A stretch of 64,000 nt of DNA from Thermodesulfobacteriota bacterium (GTDB lineage Bacteria; Desulfobacterota_D; UBA1144; Nemesobacterales; UBA2774). A program made the translations under genes and the position numbers. Positions 29,781-40,789 of the stretch are shown here, piece after piece. The first letter of the stretch is position 1. Each line of letters begins with the position of its first letter. The DNA lies in contig OZ244197.1 of assembly GCA_965216785.1 (NCBI GenBank), positions 506,041-570,040 of the forward strand, in the 5' to 3' direction. The notes beneath the pieces are model-generated. The model worked only from the letters and a program-made list of their open reading frames with translations, was not told the DNA's origin and searched no databases.

Positions 29781-31475
29781 ATGAAGACAAACTGGACGAT
29801 AGAGAAACAAAACCCCAAACAAAGAGACAAGCTCTCTCAAAGCCTCGGAGTATCTTCGGTTACGGCTCAGATCCTATTAAACCGCGGAATAACAAACGAA
29901 GAGGAGGCGAATGTTTATTTAAACAGCACGCTTTTTGATTTACCTTCTCCTTATCTTATGTCGGGAATGGAAAAAGCCGTCGAGAGAATAAAAAACGCCC
30001 TTGGGCAGGGTGAGACCATTGCGATATACGGAGACTACGACGTAGACGGGGTTACATCAACCGCGCTCTTTTACACTTTCCTCAAGAGCCTCGGGGCAAA
30101 CGTAACTTACTATAACCCCGACAGGATAAAAGAGGGTTACGGAGTGAACATTGACGCTGTGAGAAAGCTGTCCGAAGAGGGGGTGACTCTAATAATTTCC
30201 GGAGACTGCGGTATCACCGCAGTTAGTGAAGTTGAGGAAGCTAAAAAGCTGGGTATAGATTTTATTGTTACAGACCACCACCAGCCCCCCTCAGAGCTTC
30301 CTGACGCGATTTCTATTCTCAACCCCCAGCAGCCCTCTTGTAAATATCCGGCCAAGGAGATTGCGGGCGTAGGCGTGATATTCAACCTCGCCATAGGCCT
30401 CAGAAGAGCGCTAAGAGACGAGGGGTTTTTTAAAGAAGGGGAACCGAACCTTGGAGACTTTCTCGATCTCGTGGCGCTCGGCACAGTGGCTGACTGCGCG
30501 CCGCTTAAGGAAGTAAACAGAATATTAGTCAAAGAAGGCATCAAGAGAATGCAAAGCCCCAAACGCATTGGTTTAAAGGCGCTTAAGGAAGCAAGCAGCA
30601 TCAAGGGTGAAGTAAGCTCCTTTGACCTGGGGTTTAAGCTCGGCCCCCGCGTAAACGCTTCGGGCAGAATGGGCAGCGCCGCAAGCGCGGTCGAGCTGTT
30701 TATTTCTGATGACATCGAGAAAGCCCGCGAGCTTGCAAAGAAGCTCAGCCGTGAAAATTCTAATAGACAGAGCGTTGAAGCAGATATAACAGAGCAAGCC
30801 GTAGAGCAGATAGAATCAAACCCCGTATATCTGTCTTCAAACTCTATCGTGATCGCATCCCGCAATTGGCACTCGGGGATAATCGGCATAGTAGCTTCAA
30901 GGATTGTAGAGAAATATGACAAGCCGGCCATACTAATAGCAGTAGGAGAGGACGGCACGGGAAAAGGCTCGGGCAGAAGCGTAGAAGGGGTAAACATTTA
31001 TCAAGCTCTGAGCGAATGCCGCGAGGTTTTGCTACAGTACGGCGGACACGAGCAGGCGGCGGGCATTTCGGTAAGAGAAGAGGATATTGAAAAATTCCGG
31101 GAGATGTTTAAGTTAGCTGTAGAAAGCGGCGCGGCGCGCAGGGGATCGGTTTTGAATATAGACTGCAGGGTCGAGCTTTCAGATATTTCAGAGGAATTAA
31201 TCTCTGAGTTCGAGGCGCTTGAGCCCTTTGGCATAGGGAACCCCGAGCCTGTATTGTACGCCGAGGGGGTACAAGTCCAGTCTCAGCGCCTTCTTAAAGA
31301 AAAGCATCTCAGTCTCATTGTGAAGCAGGGGGACAAACCCCTTAGTGCGATATGGTTCAATATGAAAGAGCCCCGTCTCTTGAAACAAGACAGAATTGAT
31401 ATAGTATTCACTCCTGAATTTAATAAATGGAACGGTAAAAAAGAGATACAGCTAAGAGTAAGAGATATAGATTGA
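29781..31475 (+). CDS. recJ: Single-stranded-DNA-specific exonuclease RecJ
   Basis: DHH family motifs IYGDYDVDGVTS and DHH, followed by a DHHA1 domain. Confidence 0.9.
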   Translation: MKTNWTIEKQNPKQRDKLSQSLGVSSVTAQILLNRGITNEEEANVYLNSTLFDLPSPYLMSGMEKAVERIKNALGQGETIAIYGDYDVDGVTSTALFYTFLKSLGANVTYYNPDRIKEGYGVNIDAVRKLSEEGVTLIISGDCGITAVSEVEEAKKLGIDFIVTDHHQPPSELPDAISILNPQQPSCKYPAKEIAGVGVIFNLAIGLRRALRDEGFFKEGEPNLGDFLDLVALGTVADCAPLKEVNRILVKEGIKRMQSPKRIGLKALKEASSIKGEVSSFDLGFKLGPRVNASGRMGSAASAVELFISDDIEKARELAKKLSRENSNRQSVEADITEQAVEQIESNPVYLSSNSIVIASRNWHSGIIGIVASRIVEKYDKPAILIAVGEDGTGKGSGRSVEGVNIYQALSECREVLLQYGGHEQAAGISVREEDIEKFREMFKLAVESGAARRGSVLNIDCRVELSDISEELISEFEALEPFGIGNPEPVLYAEGVQVQSQRLLKEKHLSLIVKQGDKPLSAIWFNMKEPRLLKQDRIDIVFTPEFNKWNGKKEIQLRVRDID

Positions 31476-31558
31476 TAGCTTAATAGAAAAGAAAATTTCG
31501 CGCTCTCAGGCTATATTTATGTAACATGAGATCGATAAAAAAATACGGAGGTAAATTA

Positions 31559-32443
31559 ATGGCTAAAAAACCCAATTTAGAAAACCTTAACTTTCTATAC
31601 CCGATAATCATAATCGTGGTAATCATACTCGCCACGAGCGCATTTGTTATAGTAGACAGCGGCCATGTAGGCGTCATCAGGACACTCGGAGCGGTACAGC
31701 CCGAGCCACTGCCCGAAGGCTTCCATTTGAAAAAACCTTTTTTAGATAAGGTAGAGCAGATTGATATAAGGCTTACCAAAGCGAAGTCAAAATCACAGGC
31801 TGCCTCAAAGGACCTCCAGACCGTGGAAACTCAGGTAACGGTGCAGTACTCGCTCTCGGGACCTATTGCTCCACTAACTTATCAGAGGATCGGCAAACGT
31901 GACATAGTCGCCGCGACAGTCATCGAGCCCGCTATTCAGGAGTCCGTAAAAGCCGTCACGGCCCAGTACACGGCTGAACAGCTTGTGACAAAGAGAGCCG
32001 AGGTAAAACAGCAGATACAAAAAGCGATAGAAAACTTCATAGATGTTACGCTAAAAGACAAGAACGTCCCGACTGCGCTAAAAATCGCAAACGTTGCAAT
32101 CACCGATTTTGAGTTTTCTGAAGAATTTAACAAGGCAATCGAGCTCAAGGTGAAAGCAGAGCAGGAAGCGCTTCAGGCACTTAACGAAAAGACAAAACGT
32201 GTTACGCAGGCCGAAGCCGGTTATCAGGAAAGAAAGCTCGCAGCGGACGGAGAGGCTTATGAGATTGAGGCCGCGTCCAAAGCCAAGGCCGACGCTATCG
32301 CAAGAGAGGCTAAAGCCCTTAAAGATAACCCTCAGCTTATTCAGCTGCGATTAGCCGAGAAGTGGGACGGTACCCTGCCCAAGTTTACCGGGAGTGAGGC
32401 TATTCCACTGATTAACGTCGAGTCTCTTAAAACAGATAAGTAG
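31559..32443 (+). CDS. SPFH/band-7 (prohibitin/HflC-like) membrane protein
   Basis: N-terminal TM, then an SPFH domain (HVGVIRTLGAVQPEPLPEGFHLKKPFLDKV) and a coiled-coil tail. The start at 31559 (MAKKPN) is preferred over the track start 31526. Confidence 0.8.
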   Translation: MAKKPNLENLNFLYPIIIIVVIILATSAFVIVDSGHVGVIRTLGAVQPEPLPEGFHLKKPFLDKVEQIDIRLTKAKSKSQAASKDLQTVETQVTVQYSLSGPIAPLTYQRIGKRDIVAATVIEPAIQESVKAVTAQYTAEQLVTKRAEVKQQIQKAIENFIDVTLKDKNVPTALKIANVAITDFEFSEEFNKAIELKVKAEQEALQALNEKTKRVTQAEAGYQERKLAADGEAYEIEAASKAKADAIAREAKALKDNPQLIQLRLAEKWDGTLPKFTGSEAIPLINVESLKTDK

Positions 32444-32515
32444 GGTTTGTATGCTCTATTTTCTCTAAGGTTTGTTACTCGGAGAATTATTTGTTTTGGA
32501 ATATCGGGGGGCTGA

Positions 32516-35419
32516 TCAGTCCTCATAAGATTCTATAGGGGGACAGCTGCATACGAGGTTTCTGTCCCCGTACGGGTTATTAATCCTGCCCACAGGCGGC
32601 CAGAACTTATGCTCCTCCACATATGGGAGGGGATATAGCGCTTTTTTCCTGGAATATGGGTGTTTCCAATCCTCTATCAAGGCTTCCTTTGCAGTATGGG
32701 GGGCATTCTTAAGTACATTATCCAGCGGGTCTGAAGCGCCCTCGTTAATTTCCTCAATCTCTTTGTAAATAGATATAAGCGCGTCGCAGAATCTGTCGAG
32801 CTCATCCTTGGCTTCACTCTCGGTCGGCTCAATCATCATGGTCCCCGCGACAGGCCAAGAGACAGTAGGCGCGTGGAAACCGTAGTCCATGAGCCTTTTT
32901 GCAACGTCCTCTACGTCAACGCCGCAGTCCCGCTTAAAACGGCGGAGGTCCAATATAAATTCATGCGCTACTCTTCCGTGCGAGCCTGAATACAGCACAT
33001 CATAATACCCCTCCAGCTTCGACTTAAGGTAATTCGCGTTTAGTATCGCATACTCGGTAGCTTCCGTAACGCCGGTTTTGCCAAGGAGCTTAATATAGGC
33101 GTAAGAAACGAGTAAAATGCTCGCGCTCCCCCAGGGTGACGCCGATACCGATGATGATTGCCTGCCGTTTCCGGGGTCTATTACCGGGTGTCCGGGCAGA
33201 TATGGTGTAAGATGCTCTGCAACACAGATCGGCCCCATCCCCGGACCTCCCCCGCCGTGAGGAATACTGAAGGTCTTATGGAGGTTAATATGACATACGT
33301 CGGCTCCGATTACGGCCGGGCTCGTCATACCCACCTGCGCGTTCATATTGGCGCCGTCCATATATACCTGCCCGCCGTTATCATGAATGACAGAGCATAT
33401 CTCCCTGACCCCTTCCTCAAATACACCATGAGTGGAGGGGTAAGTAATCATTAGAGCTGCCAGTGAATCCTTATGCGTCTGCGCTTTTTTCTTTAAGTCC
33501 TCTATGTCGATGTTACCGCGCTCGTCACAGCCCACCACTACAACGCGCATACCGGCCATGGCGGCGCTTGCGGGGTTTGTGCCGTGCGCGGAGGAAGGAA
33601 TGAGAGTAACATTCCTGTTTTCGTCCCCTTTGTCTCTATAGTAGTCCCTGATGACCAAAAGCCCGGCGTATTCACCTTGGGCCCCTGAATTAGGCTGAAG
33701 TGATACGGAGTGAAGCCCTGTAATTTCAGCCAGAAACCCTTCAAGCTCTTTAAATATCTTGAGGTATCCGGCTGCTTGCTTTTTGGGTGCAAACGGGTGC
33801 AGCTTAGAAAACTCGGGCCAGGTAACTGGCAGCATTTCAGTTGTAGCGTTAAGTTTCATAGTGCATGAGCCCAGCGGTATCATCGAAGTCGTAAGCGACA
33901 AATCCTTACTCTCGAGTTTCCTGATGTAGCGGAGCATCTTTGTTTCACTGCGGTATCTTTCGAATACAGGATGTGTTAAAAAAGGGCTTGTGCGTTTGTG
34001 CTCATCGGGAAAATCAGCCGAGAATTCCTTGAAGATTTTATCAAAACGAGTGAAGTCATACTCGCTGTTATTCAGCGCGGAGAAAATGCGAAGGAGTTTT
34101 TTGACATCGTCTGACTCGGTTGTCTCATCGATCGATATCCCTATGTGTTTTTTATCTATATATCTGAAATTAATGCCTTCTGACTCCGATAGAAGTCTTA
34201 TTTTCTCAATTGCTTTTTTAGCCTCTTTCCCCATATTGACCTTGAGCGTGTCGAAGTAGGCGCTATTCACCTGCTTATAACCCATGTCCCCCAGCTCTCT
34301 TTCTATGAAGCTGGCTGTAGAGTGTATTCTTGCAGCAATAGAGCGCAGACCGTCTCCCCCGTGGTATACGGCGTACATGCCGGCCATGATGGCCAGGAGC
34401 GCCTGCGCCGTGCAGATGTTTGATGTGGCTTTTTCCCGTCGAATATGCTGCTCCCTAGTTTGAAGCGCCATCCTGTATGCAGGGTCCCCGTTTGAATCTA
34501 CAGAGACGCCGATAATACGCCCCGGCACCTGTCGCATGTAGCTTTCATGGGTTGCGAAGTATGCCGCGTGCGGACCCCCGTAGCCCATCGGAACGCCGAA
34601 CCTCTGAGCGGAGCCTAGAACTACGTCAGCCCCGAATTCTCCCGGGGGAGTGAGAAGCGTGAGGCTTAGTAAATCGGCGGCTACAGCAACTAGGATCCCG
34701 TTATTGTGCGCCTTTTCCACAAAGCCCGAATAATCGTCAATCTCACCCTCAGAGCCGGGATACTGAAGCAGCGCTCCAAAATAGTCGGTATTAAAATCAA
34801 ACTTTTTGTGGTCCCCAATTGTTAGCTCAATCCCAAGCGGCTCTGCCCTTGTCTTTAGTACGTCTATAGTCTGGGGGAAGCATCTCTCAGACACAAAGAA
34901 TTTTCGCCTGTCTTCTTTTTTATGCTGACCCGCGCTGACGCGGTGGAGCATCGTCATAGCCTCAGCCGCGGCACTCGCTTCGTCAAGTAAAGAAGCGTTT
35001 GCTATTTCCATCTTTGTAAGGTCTATAACAAGGGTCTGAAAATTAATCAGCGCTTCGAGGCGGCCCTGCGATATCTCGGCCTGATACGGAGTGTACTGGG
35101 TATACCAGCCGGGGTTTTCAAATATATTGCGCTGAATAACGCCCGGAGTAATACAGTCATAGTATCCAAGCCCGATGTAGGATTTATATACCTTGTTTCT
35201 TTTCGCGGTCTTCTTAAGCTCCTCTAAGAATTTATACTCACTTAAAGGTTCGGGCAGCTTAAGAGGCTTATTAAGTCTGATAGATGAAGGGACAGTTTGG
35301 TCTATAAGACCGTCAAGTGAATCGACGCCCACAGACTCGAGCATCGACTCAGTCTCCGATTCACCCGGGCCGAGATGCCTCTTGGAAAATAAATTATATC
35401 CGTTGGGATTATTTTTCAT
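32516..35419 (-). CDS. gcvP: Glycine dehydrogenase (decarboxylating), single-chain P-protein
   Basis: 967 aa, N-terminal FxxRHLGPxxxExxxML motif and PLP-dependent domains. Follows gcvT-gcvH. Confidence 0.95.
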   Translation of the reverse strand: MKNNPNGYNLFSKRHLGPGESETESMLESVGVDSLDGLIDQTVPSSIRLNKPLKLPEPLSEYKFLEELKKTAKRNKVYKSYIGLGYYDCITPGVIQRNIFENPGWYTQYTPYQAEISQGRLEALINFQTLVIDLTKMEIANASLLDEASAAAEAMTMLHRVSAGQHKKEDRRKFFVSERCFPQTIDVLKTRAEPLGIELTIGDHKKFDFNTDYFGALLQYPGSEGEIDDYSGFVEKAHNNGILVAVAADLLSLTLLTPPGEFGADVVLGSAQRFGVPMGYGGPHAAYFATHESYMRQVPGRIIGVSVDSNGDPAYRMALQTREQHIRREKATSNICTAQALLAIMAGMYAVYHGGDGLRSIAARIHSTASFIERELGDMGYKQVNSAYFDTLKVNMGKEAKKAIEKIRLLSESEGINFRYIDKKHIGISIDETTESDDVKKLLRIFSALNNSEYDFTRFDKIFKEFSADFPDEHKRTSPFLTHPVFERYRSETKMLRYIRKLESKDLSLTTSMIPLGSCTMKLNATTEMLPVTWPEFSKLHPFAPKKQAAGYLKIFKELEGFLAEITGLHSVSLQPNSGAQGEYAGLLVIRDYYRDKGDENRNVTLIPSSAHGTNPASAAMAGMRVVVVGCDERGNIDIEDLKKKAQTHKDSLAALMITYPSTHGVFEEGVREICSVIHDNGGQVYMDGANMNAQVGMTSPAVIGADVCHINLHKTFSIPHGGGGPGMGPICVAEHLTPYLPGHPVIDPGNGRQSSSVSASPWGSASILLVSYAYIKLLGKTGVTEATEYAILNANYLKSKLEGYYDVLYSGSHGRVAHEFILDLRRFKRDCGVDVEDVAKRLMDYGFHAPTVSWPVAGTMMIEPTESEAKDELDRFCDALISIYKEIEEINEGASDPLDNVLKNAPHTAKEALIEDWKHPYSRKKALYPLPYVEEHKFWPPVGRINNPYGDRNLVCSCPPIESYED

Positions 35420-35578
35420 TTATATCTACACAGGAAATATTGTCTATTTTTACGGAAAGGTAAGAATTACGAATGTGAATATATTAATGCCGACATTAAG
35501 ATTGTGATATTGTACCCGACTTGCAGCGGTTTAGTCTTCCCTGTTTTCATGTTTAACTTGTCTTAATCTTTTTCGGAC

Positions 35579-35974
35579 CTAATCTTCCATTTCATTTTCT
35601 ACATGCTCAGTGTAACTTGTGCTTTCCATCAAACCCTTAAGCTCGTCCGGGTCGTAGGGTTTTACTTTGATCATCCAGCCCTCGCCGTAAGGGTCCTCGT
35701 TTATAGTTTCAGGCGCATCAAGAAGAGCCTCATTTACCTCCATCACGTCACCGCTGATCGGCGCGTAGAGATCCGACACGGCCTTTGTCGATTCTACCGC
35801 CCCGAAAGGATCGCCTTTGGTAATTTCATCCCCCTCGCTCGGAAGCTCTATATATACAATTTCCCCAAGAGAGTCCTGGGCATAGTCGGAAATGCCGATT
35901 ATCAACAAATCTCCTTCTTCCATTACCCATTCGTGATCGTTCGTATATTTTAATTCAGCAGGTATCTGAACCAT
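35579..35974 (-). CDS. gcvH: Glycine cleavage system H protein
   Basis: Lipoyl-lysine motif ESTKAVSDLYAPISGDV. 131 aa. Confidence 0.93.
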   Translation of the reverse strand: MVQIPAELKYTNDHEWVMEEGDLLIIGISDYAQDSLGEIVYIELPSEGDEITKGDPFGAVESTKAVSDLYAPISGDVMEVNEALLDAPETINEDPYGEGWMIKVKPYDPDELKGLMESTSYTEHVENEMED

Positions 35975-35986
35975 GATACATTCTCC

Positions 35987-37096
35987 TTAATTACTGTCCT
36001 TTTTATAAAAGGGAAGCGAAGCCACCTGAGCCTCCCTGAGTGTATTTCTAATCTCTATCTGCATCCTGTCACTGCTAATTTCATCAGCGCTACTACCCGT
36101 ATCTACCCCTTTTAGATAACCCATACCGATGGGTTTTTCAAGACTTGGGGAAAAAGTTCCACTTGTAACCTTTCCTGCGTACTCCCCTGCCCTGAATATG
36201 CTATATCCCTGTCTTGGTATTCCGCGCTCTACCATGGTAAAAGCGACAAGCTCTTTTTTTAACCCGTCCGCGGTACCCTCAACTATCGCCTGCTTGCCAA
36301 TAAAGTCGTCTGTGTTGAGTTTCACATATCGTCCGAGCCCGGCCTCGAGCGGATTCGTTTCTTCGTCTATCTCATGCCCGTAGAGAGAATAACCCATCTC
36401 CAGTCGAAGCGTATCTCTTGCCCCGAGCCCAGCGGGTCTCACTCCCTTGGCGGCGCCTGTGTCCATAAGTCTTTCCCATAACCCCGGACCCGCTTCCCAG
36501 GGGAGAAATACCTCGTATCCGTTCTCACCCGTGTAACCCGTCCTTGCCACTATTATGTCTTTGCCGTTCCAGGTGCAGGTGACAAAATAGAACCTTTTTA
36601 ATTCATCAAGAGAAATACCAATGCTATCGGATAATATTGCGAGAGAATCCGGTCCCTGAACCGCGATCTGAGAGTAGTCGGGACTCCTGTCTATCACCTC
36701 AACATCAAAATTCCCTGTCTGAGCAAGCATCCACTCATATACTTTCGCCGAGTTAGACGCGTTAACGCAGAACAGAAGGTTCTCATCTGAGAGCTTATAA
36801 AGTATTACGTCGTCCACTACCCCGCCGTTGTCATAACAGATGAGAGTATACTGAGCCTGGTCAATCTTTATCTTGGCCGCATCGTTTGTAGTGATCCGCT
36901 GGCAGTATGCAAGCGCGCCGGGCCCTCTGACCTCGATCTCTCCCATGTGGCTGACGTCGAATAAGCCCGCGTGATTCCTGACCGCAAGGTGCTCCTGCCT
37001 TACGCCCTCATACTGTACGGGCATCTCCCAGCCTGCGAACTCGACCATCTTCGCGCCCAGGTCTTTATGTATTTGGTATAGGGAAGTCCTCTTCAT
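35987..37096 (-). CDS. gcvT: Glycine cleavage system aminomethyltransferase T
   Basis: GcvT fold, FAGWEMPVQYEGVRQEH...VSHMG. Confidence 0.93.
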   Translation of the reverse strand: MKRTSLYQIHKDLGAKMVEFAGWEMPVQYEGVRQEHLAVRNHAGLFDVSHMGEIEVRGPGALAYCQRITTNDAAKIKIDQAQYTLICYDNGGVVDDVILYKLSDENLLFCVNASNSAKVYEWMLAQTGNFDVEVIDRSPDYSQIAVQGPDSLAILSDSIGISLDELKRFYFVTCTWNGKDIIVARTGYTGENGYEVFLPWEAGPGLWERLMDTGAAKGVRPAGLGARDTLRLEMGYSLYGHEIDEETNPLEAGLGRYVKLNTDDFIGKQAIVEGTADGLKKELVAFTMVERGIPRQGYSIFRAGEYAGKVTSGTFSPSLEKPIGMGYLKGVDTGSSADEISSDRMQIEIRNTLREAQVASLPFYKKDSN

Positions 37097-37210
37097 CTAC
37101 CCTAATTGTTTAACGATAGAACGGGGGATTGTCAATTTTGTGGCTAAATTTAAGTCCGAAGAAATCTAAATCTGTGGAGACACTGCTAAAGAGGGATTAA
37201 TTCCTGAGTA

Positions 37211-37909
37211 CTAATACTCTTCCACTACTCTTAAATCTCTCCGAAACTGCTCTGGGACGAGGTCGGGATCGTTCACGAAATGCTCTATACCCCGGTCATC
37301 CGTCCAAATGTATATGGTGCGCCTTTCAGACTCAGGGGCGTATGAGTAACTATCGGGCGTACTTTGATATTCCCCAGGATATTCATAAACATCTTCAGGG
37401 TAATAATCTGGCTTATCAATACCGTAATCCGGGCCGTATACGTAATTATTTACTTCCAGGTTGCTCCGTCTCTCAGGCACCGTGCCTAGAGTCGATCCGT
37501 AGCCGTCGTAGGGAATATCTTCATAGCCGTAATAGTCATCCGGGTAATAAACGTATCCGCCGTAAGCTCTGTAATAGGGTTTGTATCCGTAGTAGTTATA
37601 GTGCTTTTTATGGTTCTTATAGTAGTGTTTTTTACCGTGGCCATGGTTCCCGTAGTATTTTTCGTTGTAAGCCTTTGTACCGGGGTGAGGCTTATAGTAC
37701 TTATTATGAAACTCCTTATGCTTGTTAAAGAGGTTTGTGTTGCCAAAGGAGTTATAGCTTTTTTTGTTGGCGGGGTACTTAAAAGCTGTTTTCCCGCTCT
37801 TTGAGCTTAATTTATTGCTCTTATGGCTTGCGCTTTGACCGAACGCCAGAGGAGAAAGGAAGGCAAGCAAAAACAAAACCATTAGTCCCGTAATCGTTCT
37901 TTTTATCAT
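37211..37909 (-). CDS. Secreted Tyr/His/Lys-rich low-complexity protein with C-terminal DUF4124-like motif
   Basis: Signal peptide (MIKRTITGLMVLFLLAFLSPLAFG). About 35 Tyr in 232 aa, in YY/YGY/HY clusters. The C-terminus TIYIWTDDRGIEHFVNDPDL resembles the DUF4124 core (IYkWvDenGvvHfSD). Confidence 0.7.
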   Translation of the reverse strand: MIKRTITGLMVLFLLAFLSPLAFGQSASHKSNKLSSKSGKTAFKYPANKKSYNSFGNTNLFNKHKEFHNKYYKPHPGTKAYNEKYYGNHGHGKKHYYKNHKKHYNYYGYKPYYRAYGGYVYYPDDYYGYEDIPYDGYGSTLGTVPERRSNLEVNNYVYGPDYGIDKPDYYPEDVYEYPGEYQSTPDSYSYAPESERRTIYIWTDDRGIEHFVNDPDLVPEQFRRDLRVVEEY

Positions 37910-38070
37910 GACCCTACCCGTTTATCCCCTCAGTTAAATAATGCGTCATACAAATCGCTATTTCAACCCCTATTTTGACCCGTACCGAGAGCCCTTTTTT
38001 TATTAGTAGCCAATCACCAGAACTTTAATTACAATATCAAACTAGAGTCCGCTGCGAGGGAATTGAAACG

Positions 38071-38622
38071 ATGCCTAAAGTTTTGGAAATAGCAGAGCTG
38101 GGTCAGCACGTATTACGAGAAAAAGCCTCTGACATCGATAACGTCGAAGACCCCTCGGTACAGGAATTTATAGACAATCTCATTGAAACGGGAGTAGATT
38201 CAAACGGTGTAGGCATAGCGGCGCCCCAGGTGTTTGAGCCCTACCGCATATTCATAATCAACTCGCGCCCTAATCCGCGATATCCGAGCGCTCCCGAAAT
38301 CGGCCCCATGGCTATAATAAACCCTGAGATTACTTCCTATTCCGAAGAAAAAGAAAAAGACTGGGAGGGTTGCCTGAGTATTCCGGGCATTAGGGGGCTT
38401 GTGCCAAGACACAAGCACATAAGCACGCGTTACACGACAAGGGAGGGTAATATTGAGGAAAAGAATTTTTCGGATTTTGTTGCCAGAATATTCCAGCATG
38501 AGTTCGACCACTTAAACGGCGTCGTATTTTTAGACAGGATGGAATCGAGCCGGGAGATTATTACAGAAAAGGAATATCAGCGGCTGATGGGCCAAGCTTA
38601 TGATCTAAACGACGGAGGATAG
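38071..38622 (+). CDS. def: Peptide deformylase
   Basis: Three PDF motifs: GVGIAAPQV, EGCLSIPG, QHEFDHLNG. Confidence 0.93.
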   Translation: MPKVLEIAELGQHVLREKASDIDNVEDPSVQEFIDNLIETGVDSNGVGIAAPQVFEPYRIFIINSRPNPRYPSAPEIGPMAIINPEITSYSEEKEKDWEGCLSIPGIRGLVPRHKHISTRYTTREGNIEEKNFSDFVARIFQHEFDHLNGVVFLDRMESSREIITEKEYQRLMGQAYDLNDGG

Positions 38623-38627
38623 AACAG

Positions 38628-39401
38628 GTGAACCCGGGCTTAAAGCTAATAGGAGCTATTATGCTACTACTAATATCGACTTCTTATTCAAGCACCCTCT
38701 CAACAGCCGAAGAACATCAGGATTCTCTCTTTCAGACCGCTATCCTGCAGTCTCTTGTAGATGGAGTGTACGACGGAGACTTAACTGTAGGGGAGTTAAA
38801 AGAGCACGGCGACTTCGGAGTGGGAACATATAACCGGCTTAACGGAGAGATGGTGGCTCTTGACGGCGTCTTTTACCAGGTTAAGTCAGACGGCAAAATA
38901 GAAATCCCGGATGACTCCACAAAAACCCCCTTCGCGATAGTAACATTTTTTGATACCAATGAAACTATGAAGCCCCATAGCAAGATGAGCTGCGAAGAAC
39001 TTAAAAGCTATATTGAAAACGCCCTTCCCGCTGAAAACATATTCTACGCAATAAAAGTTCACGGGAGTTTTGAATATATGAAGACCAGGAGCGTACCCGA
39101 GCAAACAGCGCCGTATCCGCCCCTTAGCGAAGTGGTTAAAATAGAGTCAAAATTCGAATTCAAGAACATTACCGGAACCATCGTAGGACTATGGTTGCCC
39201 GAGTATATGGACAATATAAATCAGCCAGGATTCCATTTTCATTTCATATCGGACGACAAAAAATCAGGGGGACATGTGCTGGACTGTAAAACGGAGGATG
39301 TAGTAATAGAGATAGATTACATGAGAGAGCTCGATCTCGATCTTCCAGACACGGAAGGCTTTAATAACGCTGAGCTTACGGAGCCAAAAAAGGAAAATTA
39401 G
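38628..39401 (+). CDS. Alpha-acetolactate decarboxylase (AlsD/BudA family), with N-terminal signal peptide
   Basis: LFQTAILQSLVDGVYDGDLTVGELKEHGDFGVGTYNRLNGEMVALDGVFYQ matches the ALDC N-terminal core. Hydrophobic leader LIGAIMLLLISTSYSS. Confidence 0.8.
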   Translation: MNPGLKLIGAIMLLLISTSYSSTLSTAEEHQDSLFQTAILQSLVDGVYDGDLTVGELKEHGDFGVGTYNRLNGEMVALDGVFYQVKSDGKIEIPDDSTKTPFAIVTFFDTNETMKPHSKMSCEELKSYIENALPAENIFYAIKVHGSFEYMKTRSVPEQTAPYPPLSEVVKIESKFEFKNITGTIVGLWLPEYMDNINQPGFHFHFISDDKKSGGHVLDCKTEDVVIEIDYMRELDLDLPDTEGFNNAELTEPKKEN

Positions 39402-39409
39402 GAGCAATT

Positions 39410-40231
39410 ATGAAACATTATCATTCAAGACTTCTTATCTTACTATTAGCTGCATTGTTATTAGGTAATGCAAACATTACTAATGCAGAATCCGCGACGA
39501 GTACTTTTCCGGAGGGAAAATGGATCGATCTTACGCACGATTTTTCTTCAGACACGATTTACTGGCCGACGGCTGAGAGTTTTACGCTCGAAACAGAATT
39601 TCAAGGTATTACAGATAAAGGATACTTCTACGAGTCGCACCGCTACAGTGCGTCGGAGCACGGCGGAACGCACATTGACGCGCCCGTGCATTTTGCTGAA
39701 GGTAGGCAGAGCGTTGATCAGATACCGCTTGAGAAGCTCATAGGCAGCGCCGTAGTGATAGACGTGAGCGCAAAAGCGCTCTTAGACCCGGACTATCAGG
39801 TAAGCGTTGAGGATATTACCGATTGGGAAAAAGAGAACGGGCAAATACCCGAGGGCTCAATACTATTATTGAATACAGGTTACGCCAAATTCTGGCCCGA
39901 CAGAGTAAAGTATATGGGGACGGATAAAAAGGGCCCGGAAGCTGTGAAAGAGCTGCACTTCCCAGGACTACATCCGGAGGCTGCCAAATGGCTAACTGAG
40001 AACAGAGAAATTAACGCTGTGGGACTCGATACACCAAGTATAGACTACGGCCAATCTACACTGTTCGAAACCCACAGAATACTGTTTAAGGAAAATATCC
40101 CGGCCTTCGAAAATGTCGCGAATCTGGATAAACTTCCTGCAAAGGGAGCATTCGTAATCGCGCTTCCCATGAAGATCAAGGGCGGGAGCGGAGCGCCGCT
40201 CAGGATTATCGCCACCATACCGGAAAATTAG
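39410..40231 (+). CDS. Putative cyclase / arylformamidase-family hydrolase (PF04199-like), with signal peptide
   Basis: HGGTHIDAPVHF metal-binding motif characteristic of the cyclase/kynurenine-formamidase family. N-terminal signal peptide MKHYHSRLLILLLAALLLGNA. Confidence 0.75.
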   Translation: MKHYHSRLLILLLAALLLGNANITNAESATSTFPEGKWIDLTHDFSSDTIYWPTAESFTLETEFQGITDKGYFYESHRYSASEHGGTHIDAPVHFAEGRQSVDQIPLEKLIGSAVVIDVSAKALLDPDYQVSVEDITDWEKENGQIPEGSILLLNTGYAKFWPDRVKYMGTDKKGPEAVKELHFPGLHPEAAKWLTENREINAVGLDTPSIDYGQSTLFETHRILFKENIPAFENVANLDKLPAKGAFVIALPMKIKGGSGAPLRIIATIPEN

Positions 40232-40261
40232 AGCCGGGAGAATAAGAACGAGGAGTAGAAA

Positions 40262-40657
40262 ATGAGCCAGGACAAACCTACTAGAGAGCAGGAAGTGGAG
40301 GATGGAAAGCAGAGGGATATATCAGAGCACGCTAAAAATGCGGGACTCCTGATCCCCATGTTTATTACATCCACCGTGTGGGACGCGTGGGTAGTCCCGG
40401 ACAAAAAAAGCATCGAGCAGGGTGAAAATGAAACCTCGCGTCTGAATAACATTCTGGACAAGCTCGTTTACTACATGAGGGTGCAGCGACAAACTAACCG
40501 ATCTAACCTTATATTTTTCCCGGTCCCTCTAACTAAGGATGGAGAATCCGAGGACGTACAGCTGCTGTCCCATCTCGGCCCTCTCGAAGTTGGGGTGAAT
40601 AAGCCCTGTATTACGATAATGACCCCAGAGGAATATGAAGCGCAGAATGCAAATTGA
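40262..40657 (+). CDS. Hypothetical protein (131 aa)
   Basis: Co-oriented and closely spaced with the ALDC/cyclase pair. No recognised domain. Confidence 0.4.
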   Translation: MSQDKPTREQEVEDGKQRDISEHAKNAGLLIPMFITSTVWDAWVVPDKKSIEQGENETSRLNNILDKLVYYMRVQRQTNRSNLIFFPVPLTKDGESEDVQLLSHLGPLEVGVNKPCITIMTPEEYEAQNAN

Positions 40658-40789
40658 ATTGAAAAAAGCCGTACCATAAAACCCTCTGTTCTCTCAAATT
40701 CAGTCCCGGCAATCAAAAGAGGCTTTCAGAAAACATTACGGCGTATAAATACCGCAAATAATGTATAATAATTTTATTGAGGTCTGGAT

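Noticed and set aside
37097-37210. Possible glycine riboswitch upstream of gcvT
   Set aside because: Searched both strands for the GGAGAG...ACCGAAGG.GCAA...CTCAGGCAAAAGGAC signature. Only fragmentary matches (CCGAAG, GGAGA) in the wrong orientation/order. The region is too short for a tandem aptamer.
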